NCBI GenBank assembly: GCA_000934665.2
Contig: KZ538282.1
Location: 1-64,000 of the forward strand
Origin: Catajapyx aquilonaris
Taxonomy: Eukaryota
Length of the DNA: 64,000 nucleotides
Direction of reading: 5' to 3'
Part shown: positions 48,001 through 60,000 of the stretch, piece by piece
How positions within the stretch are numbered: position 1 is the stretch's first letter
How the letters are laid out: each line of letters opens with the position of its first letter
Program-made: the position numbers and the translations under genes
The notes under the pieces: model-generated
Told to the model about the DNA's origin: nothing
The model's input: only the letters and a program-made list of their open reading frames with translations
Database searches by the model: none

Positions 48001-51000
48001 TTTTGTGTTTGTTATTTTAACTGCGGGTCGTTGGGCCGGATCTATCGCTGGATTTTACGGCTCCTGATCAGCGAGTGCCCTTTATGATGGCCGCTTCTCC
48101 GGGATCAGGCCCGTAAAAAGGCCGGCCCGTGAGGAGACATATACCAGGCGCAGAATTAATGACGCAGGCACTTTGGCGACCAGTGTCCGAGCGGACGTTT
48201 CATTTAATCTTTCATGGGTACTGGCTGTTCAGCTGGGAGTGAAAAGTCTCGCTCCTGCTCTACATGCACGCTGTGGACGTGCTGCTGGGGCAGACTCAAA
48301 CTAGGCCTACCTTTCGGATTTCTTCGGCCACATATCGGCCCTCACCGGCACCCGCCACCAGCTGGATGCTGCCCCATTCCCACGTGGCTCGGTTGGGTCT
48401 CGGGTTGGCGCAGAAGACCACGGGGATGAGTGCATCGTGTCCTTTCTCCACCACCACCTCTCTCTCCACAGAGTGCCGAAGAACCTGCGGTGCTCCTGAA
48501 ACGACCACAGAATCCCTTTGATTTAAAAGACCATAAAAGGACGTGCATTTCACTACACGGTGTTAGTTGTACCCATAGCTTTCCCACGCTGGACAGCATT
48601 TTGAAAGGCTGCAATTGGTGCTCATGACATTGATTAACCTGGGCGAAAAGTACTGTGCAACTAACGGGCAGCGTGATTATTTATAATTCATCATTTCACA
48701 CAATTACGGCCGTCCGCTTGATGACACTGCTGAATTTGTCAAGGGGTTTCAGGACTGCGGGGATGAGACAACAGAAAAATCGGTCCTGCACGCCACGTCT
48801 GTAGTCAAACGTGCAGGGTGATGGGCACAACAGTATCAAAAAAAGGCAGGTCCCAAATCAATCAAATCGCTCGCTATTGCAGTGCAAACCATTTAACGCG
48901 ACTAAGTGGGACACTTTCATCGATTAAATCGAATCACGATGTGACGGGCCCCATCACTAGAGTACTCTCGCTGACTAATGATTACCGCAACTTCGATTAC
49001 AGCGCAAAATAACAATATTATGTTTAGGGAAACAATGTGGCATGATTGCCCCATAGCCTAATTAGTTTCCAACTCGGAAGAACCCATGCAGAGCGGTCCA
49101 CGCTGCTGCTGCTGCATTGTATACGCAAAGAGAGATTGTGCACCCCGAAAGGAGCGAGAGAGAAAAATCATACTGCAGTTTCAACCCCGGGATATTAATG
49201 CCCCCGTCCGGATGCCACGCAATCTCGGATGCATTAATCACGCTAATATGCATAATCGGCTAATGTTTCTGCAATCATAGCATTTGTACATCAACAGCGC
49301 TCTGGCTTGATCCAGGACCATCGACCCATTTTCTACTGGGGAAACGAGTCTCCCTTTTCCAACCCCCGGTCTCTCTCTCTCTCTCTCTCCCATTTTATTT
49401 TTGTTGTCTTTTTTTCGCTTTCTAGGCACGTGCATCATGTATTTGTTGCGCGACAGCTAACACTGCCTTTACCGGTCCTAGCAACACAAGCCCTATTCGC
49501 AGACTGTTTTTGGGACTAGGTGTCTCCCAGTCCGCTTCAATGCTTACTCATCATCTGGATAAAACATTTCCGCGGACACCATCAAGCTGCATCCACCACC
49601 CAAAATGCAATCCTTCACAGTCCAGCATTGCGGCATATGAGCCAGTTAAAGCTGGCCTTTTATATTTCATAATGGCGTGACACATACGATGCTCAAGAAG
49701 CCAATAGTCGAGGCAGAACGACCCTCTTTGATAAATTAGCGCCGTTTTGGCTTTTCCTTTCTGTTTTCCACGCGGATGAGCAGCGAACGATTAAAGGAAA
49801 GGCCCGGAATGAATTTGCAAAGGCGCCGGGTGGGTTCTTCTCACAGACATCCCGTCGGAATCCTCCTCGACTTTGGCTTATATCCACCTTGCTGCTACTC
49901 CCCATTTTCTATCTCTTTTAAGTGAATCTCTCTCTTTTTTTCTTTCCTTTTTTCTCTCCCCTTTCTTAGATTCTATCCTATCCCATCCTTACGCGGACCG
50001 TTTCCTATCTACAGAACTAGACAAAAAAAAAATCAGCCAAGGAGCTGATTTACGGGGGTTGGGGGACTATGCAGATTTACTGCACCCCAGTCTTTGATGT
50101 TTTCGGGGAGGCAGAGAATGCACTCGTTCCAAAGGCAGGAGGATTCGGATGGATTTTCATATTTGGAACTGGTTCAGAGGGAGCAACGTGTTGTCAACCG
50201 CCTGCTGCTCCAGCTTTCTCTCGACATGAATCGGGTTAAACATAGATGTATAGAGAGGTCCAGATGGGCAAACACGGCTAACTACGCGCGCATCAAAACT
50301 TGAGAGCAGGAGAACTGCATAAATGAGTCGCCTGGAAGCAGGGGACAAATGCGACTGATACCTCAGCAATAATTTCGAGGCGGAGGAGATATACGGTGTC
50401 CTTTAATAGGTCCTTGCCGTCTCCGTGCGGCGATTTCAATTCGCTTAGGTGCACTTAATGTCCGGGTGAGGCGTCTCTAAGTGGAGGAAATTACGTCTAA
50501 TCATCGTCCCAGTTGTTCTGCATAACCCTTTATGAGTGGAATGAGAATGGAAGCTCGAGTCTTTAAAACCAGCTTAGCCCTTCTCTTCCGTTACCGCCTT
50601 TCAGAAAGAAAAGACAGCAGTTTGCCAGCACTCCTGCGACTTTCCCTGGCAAATGATTGCGACGCCAGTGGCGCACAAAAGCCTGGAGGCCTGCACGGGA
50701 TAGATTGAGTCGTTAGGAGCATCAGGACCAAACGGATATCTGTTGCGGAATTTTCTGGCGCCGCCGCCGCCGCTGCTGCTTCTACAGGGGCGCATTGGAT
50801 GATGACGCCACAATGCTTCCCGCTTAACGGCCCTGTTAGAGAGAGAGAGCCCGACGAGCCAACTGGCCGGGCTTCACACTCGTATCCAGCCTTTGCTTTG
50901 CCCCGAGTCCAATTGGACTCGTTCTGGATTTGTAGGGTAAGTGTGAGCTGCGTACAGACATCTTCGTGTTGCTAATGCTGGATCAAACGAGCCGGAGCGC

Positions 51001-54000
51001 TGCTAGAGGAGTTGGGTTGAAGCAACCAACGCTGATATGTAGGCACTTTCTACTGACAGGGGGAGCCTCCAATACAGGAGGTGCCTTGATAGGCTAGGAT
51101 TGGCCCACCCTAACCTTACTCCCGAGCTCCTAGGCTTAGGATGCTGGATCCAGGAGGACATGACTCGTTACAAATTCCCTTTCAACTCGGGATATAGGCA
51201 GCTATAGCTGCTCAAGTACATTTGCACCACTGAAGCACACGGGCTTACCTTTGCGCGGCGCGAAAATGCTGTCATGATGATGCAAATCAAAAGCTTATTA
51301 TTTTACCCTTCCTAGGAGATAATCTGGACTTTACGGGCAAGTAAAAAAAAATCCATACTAATCCTCTGGCAGTATCCTACCCCTTTAGTCTGAATGTATC
51401 TAGTTCAGAGGCATATTACAATGGAGATAAATGACATAGTAGTTGCAGTTGCAAAAGCACAGTACGTGTACACGATTTATTTGCATGTGATACCCATCAG
51501 CAGGCTAAATCTGTTTCCGGGACTACATCAGCCCACGTATACTATATGAACCTGCTATAGATGCAAGAGAGCAACCGCCACGTTATAAGCCTGTTAATGT
51601 TAAATGTACAACAGCTGTCGGTTTACATCAGCTAATCAGCATAAGTCCTGAAACAATACCCTGCCGCTCTAAAAGGAACCTGTACAAAGCTGGTTCATAT
51701 AGGTCCCCGTGAAGGCTAGCAACATAAAGGTGGAGAGGCATGGGCTATATAGTCGGTGAATACTGACATAGGCAGTGTTGACGCCCTGCAGAATTTATAT
51801 GAGTTGTGCACCGGGCGTTGATTCGGAAAACCTCTTCTCCGCTCTCTGGAGTTGGTGGAAGCAATTGGGATGCTGCTGGAAGGTTCGCTTGGCACCCGTA
51901 AAAAGACCCACAAATGAGCTATAAAAGACAATGGACGGCAAAGTCGACTCGGGGCTTTATGCCTAGGGGACACTGAGCAGTGACCTTGCATGGTGGATTC
52001 CTTTCCCCTAAGCGGACTTCATAAAGGCAGAAACAATTTCTGTGGCCGCTTCATTATTGAAAGGGCTTCCTTTGTGCTACGTGCTGATACCGGACACTGG
52101 GAGCAATGGAGAGGAAAATGGTCAAAGGAAAGCTCCACCACTCCAATAGGAATACTCCGTTGGGTCCACTAGATACCCAAACTTCCCTCTGCTTGACCTA
52201 CCTAAGGCGATTCTGAGGCGCAGACCCAAAAGGGGATTTCACTCAGGCCGAAGCTCTATACATATGTTTGCACCCAAGCCTCAACGATCCATCTCAAAAA
52301 AAAGTAGATAACTTGCACGGAAACTACAGTACATGGGAGGAAGGAAGGCTCCTGTTAATCTTGTTGCTTCATTTTCTCACCTGTTATGTTTAATTATTGT
52401 GATCTAATTACGTTAACGATGTTTGCCGAGGAAAGTTTCGTCTCCCAAGGCAATAACCATTCTTCAACGTCCTTACCCTGGGTTTTACACTTTCCAGCTT
52501 TTTCCATTATCGCCTCGTACTGAGTCTCAATCGATACTAATACGGTAAAACACATCAGTTGGGATTACAAATTGCTTCTACAGGCCTGGGTCTCTTATAG
52601 AGCTCTAACAAGAAGGTGCACTTGAGAAGCTGACCTACATCCAGCCTGTGGGTACCGCACGTGTATAATAGCAGGATTCCTTTTAGGTGTCAATTTGAAC
52701 ACTGATGATCCTAGGTGCAGGGTCGGGGAATTTACGTCGCTTCCAGAGTGCGATGAAACCGCCTTCCAATCAATCGATCAGGTTATAAAGTAACGAGCAA
52801 CCCACCACGTCTCCGCCCACTCTCTGTCTTCTACGATCGACCTCCACCCGAGAACAATTCCAGTTCCGTTTAGATGCTCTTAGTGGGGGAACCGCAACCT
52901 CAAAGAGTGATGTGGTCGTGCCAATACACCAGGGCAGACCCATGGAAACAGCGTCTCTAATTTCCGCCACGCAGAAGGAGGGAAAATTATTATTACAACT
53001 TCTTCTAACATTACTATTGATCTTTTATCGAGCTACTCGAGACGCCTTCGAAATGGGAGGACTAGCCGAGTCAGCTTCCCTTGTTGCGGTATACGTGCTT
53101 CACCGGCGGCAACTTTTGGATGACCAACACACCACAAACCTCTCATGCTAACGGAAAGAAGAGGCGGATAGAATGAGCAAAAGGGCTTTTCCTGGCCTGT
53201 ACCACACTGGAGGCACGCACGATTATTTGGCTGGCAACTCGGACGAGTTCGTTGCACTTTTCCTCAAAATGGGAAAGGGAAAAACTTGGACACCAAGCAA
53301 TGATCGATATTTTGTGTGATGATCTTCCAGTCGGATTCATCCCCATTATGCTTTCTACAGAAATCCTATTCAATTTGCAAACCAATAACTGCAGTCTGTC
53401 AGAGGCTTGTCCCCCCTCCTACTTCTGCTGCCTCCCCTTTCCATCCGAAGGCAAGAATTAATCCTTTCCTTTTATGCTGGGATAACACGGTTGATCCCTC
53501 GGTCTGTTTCGCAGCACTTCACCACACGCGTACAGTAGAGGAACAATCCATCTGCCAAGTCTCATCCAGGCATCCAGAAAGGCACGGGGAAATAAGGATT
53601 AGGAACCAAAATCGAAGCAAGTTCTCAAAAGCGACGAGAAGCTGCGACTCTGTAATCTCATATCGGGTGACAAATTGAGAGTTGGAGTCGGGCTTCCGTC
53701 AACTAACTCTGGCTCTCTCCTCAAGAGAGAATTCGCTTGGCTGCCAAGCTTGGAGTCGGGAACATTTTTGGAAACTCCGGATGTAGGTCCTCTCCGGAAG
53801 GACAGGAAATAAAGCAAACCTTCCTGCTTGCCTTCACATCGATCTGCTGGGAGGTGGCCCCTTCCGCTCTCTTGTGAGTTACAACGCCGGAAGATTCATG
53901 GCCCGCCAATTACTGTTCCAGTTGGACGCAACTCTCCAAGGAAGCTGGCACCATATAAACATACCACCAGATTTCAAACACCGCCACTTTGTTGCAGAAT

Positions 54001-57000
54001 CCTTGCAGCAAATACCTCACTGTCTGGGACCAAAACTGCGTCCAACTCCAACGGTCATCGCCTTCCAATCATGCTGCCACCCTCTAACGGTAGCGTCCTA
54101 AAACACCGTCCAGCATGTACATGCTAGCGATTCAATATACTATAGAGAGGGTAAAAATGATTCCGCCAGCAGAAAGGCTCCATGCTTGGCTCTCAGTCGT
54201 ATTCTAATTTTTGGGGTCGGCGTTATGGGAGTGTCTTTATAGGAGCATAAAAGTCCTATTATCCTAAGTCCGTCCCTGATGGGAACTGAGAGCAGTTTAG
54301 GTGAAAATGGCTTCGGGGACCATGCATTGGCCTATGACGTGCAGCGCGGTGTATGTGGGATTTGCTTAACTAAACTTTCCCAAAAATGGACTGAACGAGT
54401 TTTAGAGCGGAGGACTCGATTTTTTTTTTTGTAAAACGTACTGTGCTGTACTCGTTTTTATTCGGGTCGGAATTTGCACATGGAACCAAGGAAGAGGTAT
54501 GTGAGGGAAATATGTGAACATCCTGGGTTGTTGAAACTCGCCACTCAGGGTCGTAGCCATATTTGCAGCGTATTTCCTAATTTTCCCGGGGGAATACCTC
54601 CGGACGACCCCCCCAAAAATACAACACTTCATCAACACGTCCACTCTACTGCCGCTGCTGGAGTGGTCCAACTCCAACTTGTGCCCTGTTTTGGCACACA
54701 CAAAAAAAATGATTGAAACGTGTAAAATGAGGTTGAAAGTTGGAGTGGTAGCGTATCCTACTCCTGTGGGAACGAGCCCACGTTTGATGGGGCGGAGGGT
54801 CCTACCCCTCTTTTGTGAGTCAAAGCTGGACTAATTATAAGAAGTGGAGTTATGGGAGCGTCGCAGCAAAGGATCAAAGCGTCAGTTGGCGCCATGCAAC
54901 TGATCGCCGCCATGCAGATAAAAAGGCTTCAATTTATGCCAGTCTGCCTTCGGGACAACAGGCTCGAATTAAGTGGGGGGTAGGGGGTACTGGTTTAGGT
55001 CTCTCTTTGTCAAATTACTCCCCCACATATATTATTATTCTAATCCGTTTCACACTTNNNNNNNNNNNCCTTATCAAAGGACGTATGCGACAATAAGCAT
55101 AAGCCTATTACTTCTGTCTGGCTTCCGTTGTGCTAATTGAACCATCGCTTGACTAGGTTCTGATTAAGTGTAGAGGGGTGAAAGAGTAGGCTACAAAACG
55201 CTTAGAACTCATTGTCACTCTTCGTTCGAGCGTTGACTTTTTGCGCAAATGTGCGAAGTGACGTCCAGTGAAAATGCTGTTCAGCAGCTTTGTGCCAGAC
55301 ACTTTGCCCCAAGAGCACTATATTATGTGGACGTGCCCGCAAAGTTCATTTGATAAAGGTGCTTTTTCGTGTCAGTCACTTTTTTTCCTACTGCACGACT
55401 GGCCACAAACGCATTTCAGCCGGAGAAAACCTAATTTCCGATATGGCTCCGACCGTTTGATAAGTCTCAATCTGCTGACTATTCATATATGTATTTTTTT
55501 GTTTCCATTTGCTTTGTGGGTGCACAACCGCGCGCGTGTCAAATCAACACGATAAATCAATAGCGCGGCCACATCAATCCATAGAGATTATTGGCCCACC
55601 GTTTGATTTAAAAACCTTTGTTCAAAATATAAAAATATAACTGGGTGTTGAGGTAGGACAACAATATTTATAAATTTATAAATTTTATTTTGCATATATG
55701 GGTGATTCTCCCAAAACTTACCAATACTATGTCCCGGCATAATATCTCAAAAATGGCTTTACTGAGAGATTTGATTTTCTAAACATCTGTAGAACCAGTT
55801 GACACCTATAGCCATCCCCATGCAAACAAAGAAAAATATTAAATTACCTTTTACTGCAAAAAAATGTCTACGGGCCTAAAATCATTCTTCCAGGCGTGTC
55901 CCGATAATATTTTAAAGCATGCTATATTTTCTTACCATGTTATCATTAACATTAGACAAGTTCCATTACTATAATTAAATTGTACATACTTGAAGGTATA
56001 ACACAACATTTTAAAAACAATTTAATCATTTTACATGACCTTGCTGCATCACTCCAAAGTGTGTCCCGAGTAGTTTTCATGTTACTCTACTGGATCAGAA
56101 TATTTTTTAAAATTTTGCAGTGAAACAAAGGGATTGTTCACTCGGTAATTTGGCAACACTGCTTCTCCACGACACCTTGATTTAACTACAAATTTCTGTG
56201 CAAGAAGTACGTCTCCTAGTGGGTTAAAAATTAAGGAGTTTTAAATTCAGTTATGTAGCACATTTTGCGTTAACACTCCTGGATCACTTTTCTATGGCAT
56301 ATAATGACTCAAATGTTTTGAAATAACTGTTATTCCATTGAATGAAGGGACCTCATCACCTGACAGAAATGTCTAGAGTCAACGTTTGTTCTAGACCGTG
56401 ATATTAATACTAATGCATCCAAAGGTCATTCTTCGGGCTCCCAAAGTCCTGGCAATAATTTTAATATTTCAACAAAATTATCGTTCTTGAACAAGATGCG
56501 ACTCAAAAAATTGGCCATCATCAACTAGTGTCTGAAAATTTAATATTAAAATTCCGGGAGTTTTTTAGTGCATGCTGTGGCCATTTCAAGTGCAAAAAGA
56601 CTTGTGAAACCAGGTTTTCACTCCCTGGGGGATATTTAAAAACTGAGTTTCACTTTTTGATCTAATATTATGATGAACAACGTCCAATAAAAATTATTGC
56701 GGTTAACTGCAAAATTAATCATGGAAGATTTCAACCACATTATAATATGAGAGTTAGGTCCCCCTATTTTTCCCTTGTTTGTGACCTCGTATATAGTAAG
56801 TGGGAACTTTACCTCGTTTTTGAAACAAGTTTTGAATTTCATTAATTTTTGTTTTGAAAATGGTAAGATTTTGGAGAATCATCAATATATGGCATACGCA
56901 GGACTACAATATGTACAACGTGCTGACATCTCAGCACAGTCGAAGACAAGTGTACGTCTGGCTGTTCGTTGTGCTAGACTCTAGACAAGTCTCTGAGTGC

Positions 57001-60000
57001 TTCTTTCCTATACTCCAACTGACATGGTTACAATAAGCGGCAGAGAAGGTTTTAATCCCTGGTGAGTGGCATCTATTCAGAGGCGGCAGAGCACAAGTAA
57101 TAAATTCCACGTCCGAATTTGCATCGCGCAGATGACAGAAGCTCGACTTGTGTGACCCATTCCCCCACCCCTAGAGCTGTTTTCATTGCTCGAAAGAGCG
57201 GACATGATGATGAGAAGGGATATTGTCCAGTCCGCCGCGTAACAAGCCGCACAGTCAAACTTCCTGCCTGCCACCAAGAGAGATAAAAGGCAATGACTCC
57301 AGTGCAGTACACGCCCAGCGGGGAATTTCCACTATTTATTGCTAGCTAGGAAGTGGGGCTTGACTGACTCCTCTGAAAGGCTGGACATTACTCCTGAAGT
57401 ACGACTCACATCAAGACTTACCGAGTAGTTGCGCATGCAAATGCGCAGCGACCTGCCATTCAAACACTATCTTACGATGCCAGACTATTTGCTAGCATGC
57501 TAATGTTAATGCTCAAGACCAACCTAAACACAGTAGAATAAAATGTCAAATATGCTGACACTATAGGTGCAGGGTGAACGGACTGCAATATGACTGGTAG
57601 CAGCGAGGTGCCTATCTGCGCCCCAGTTGTACTTCGTTATGGCCTTGTTCCTCAGGCTTAAAAGAAGGTAAACTTCAGAAAATCCTCTTTCCTCTAAGAT
57701 AAATAGTCCCGTTTGGAGGGAAGTGAGCGTTAAAAAAAGTCTCCGGGAAGCCAATCAAATCCTACACCCTACTCTCTGCAGCAGCTCGCATGATTGGGGA
57801 GGATTTGGCACTTGTTAAACACACTACCAGCTTCTTGACACGAGATGAAACGGCTCTAACTTCATTTTCAACGATGGATTAGAGCTGCCTCTATGCATCT
57901 AGGAGCCAATCCAAGCTTTTGGAAGCCGCTCAACTGCAAATGTGCCAGAAGCTATGAGGACAAGGGTAGTTAGAGAGAAGAAACCACGCCCACTATATAT
58001 AGAAACGGCCAGCATTACTACGTTTCCAGATGTCATTTAGATTGGCCGCCAGGGTCGGGATTGGTCAAACTTTATAGATGTAAGCCAAGCAATCTTGATA
58101 GCTTGTTGTTTTGGCAGAGGTTTCAGGAGGGTCGTACTGCTGAGCCCAATATTTTGATTATTGTCAATTCTGTATAACTAGTGTTCAGACCACTCCGATC
58201 CACTCCGACTAGAATGCAAGATGGCACTTGGAAGTTTGCGTCTCATTCGAAACATGAGATGAAGCGCAAAATCCTTGCTGAATGAATGTACAGCAGAGTG
58301 GAAGCCGACTAACAATTCCCGGAAAGCCATGTCGGTTGTCAAGCAAGGAAGGAGGCTCCATCACGGGTAGATTCTGTTTGGCTAGGGTAGAGGTACTCGT
58401 GTCTCGGAAGCCTGTAGTCAGCTTATAATCAAGTATAAAGCAGACTTGGCAAGCGTATTAGGACGTCTGTGGCGGAGTAATTCCGGCACAGTTGTTTCTG
58501 GTCGGGAGACGCGGCGGGCGAGGAATAGGAGGAAGATGAGGCCAGCATTCTTCTCACATCCTCTCCTGCCTCAATTGAGCGCCGACTTGCGCACCTCCAA
58601 AAGCCCTCCCTAGAAACCCCGCAGCCTCCAAAAAACTTTTCCTCGCGCATCTTGGAATCTGCCACAAAAGGCAAGCACAGTTGCTGTTGCCCTTACAAAA
58701 ACTTGTCTCGTCAAGCTCAAAGTGACCGGCAGGGGCCTTCCTTGTCTTTGCCTGCACCTATCCAAATCTCGTTTGTGGCAGCAGCAAGTAAGCAAGGCGG
58801 GTGGCAAGACGTGCTTCTAGATACCACCTACATAGTGCAGTGGAGCAATTTCTGCTGCGGCTGTTGCAAATTGACTTGTCGAAATATTCCGATTCAGAGG
58901 CGGAGTTGCAGACTCTCGGTGGTGGGCGTCGTTAAAACTTGGCGCATTTCTTTTCATCAGTTGCCTCTCTCCTTCATCAAGAAACTGGGGAGAGAATCGC
59001 AGCTTCCCATGCCCAGGAGGCGCCGGGCCAAAATGACCTATTAGGCCCAAGACTAGGCGGGAGAAATGAAGCCTAAGGGTGAAAAATGAAGGCGCACGTA
59101 CAACTTCTTTAGCTCCTTTTCGCCTCCTCTCTTTTCTTTCTCCTGGGCTTTGCTGCTCCCGCAATTACACAAACACATTCGGCTTTTTCTGCAGAAAGAA
59201 TTTGTCATCCAGCTATATGAACTAAAAGAAGCGAGCCACTGCAGAAGGAAGAAAAAAATGAGGGTGAGAAACAAACATTCATTGGAGGATGGAGCATTGT
59301 TATCTGGCGCATTAGAGACAAGAAGGCTGTCAAGAGCTGCCCAGTTTTTGGGGGAAGAAACTTTCCCGATGACAGAAGCTCTCCCACGCCCGTCAATTTG
59401 TTCCAACTTGTAATTGCGTTATTAGTGCGCGTCGCCTCCAGACCTGATAGCACCACGTTTATGACAAGTTAACTGCAGGAGGGACGACACAAAATTTTGC
59501 TCTCCGTGACGTATCAGGCTTCATTTCTAGGGGGGATCCTACGCATCACTGCCTCGCCCTTGCTATATACCCTGGATTTCACGGGGTTTTCTCCCCCACC
59601 CATACATTGATAGCGAACATGAAGAGTGGAGATCCTGAGAGATCCCGTTCCATTATCTGGCAAAATGTCCCCTCTTCCAACATCCGGACAAATTGGTTTT
59701 ATGATTTACGCTCTGCTCCGCCGCCAATATCGCCCTCCATCCCCGGTTTAAACGTTTGTCCGACTTGCACGATTCGGCAGGGGAACGAGACTCCCCGAGT
59801 TATAAACACAGTTAAGAGATGACAGATTTTTCTGTAGGACTCGGTCGAGGTTGCCCAAAACTTCCCGCCAAAACATCAGAAACAAAAGATGGGCGGGAAA
59901 TCCGATATTATTGGCAAGTAGCCTGGCGACCTGGCGGTCAACAAACTCTCGAAGTCATTCATAGACGAAAGACGTATATTTGAACACCTCCCAAAATGTT

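Noticed and set aside
52100..54800. Scattered GGAGT/ACTCC-rich patches (also near 37.9, 38.4 and 61.8-62.4 kb)
   Set aside because: Probably old MITE remnants, but no termini, TSD or periodicity could be defined; not a CRISPR-like array.
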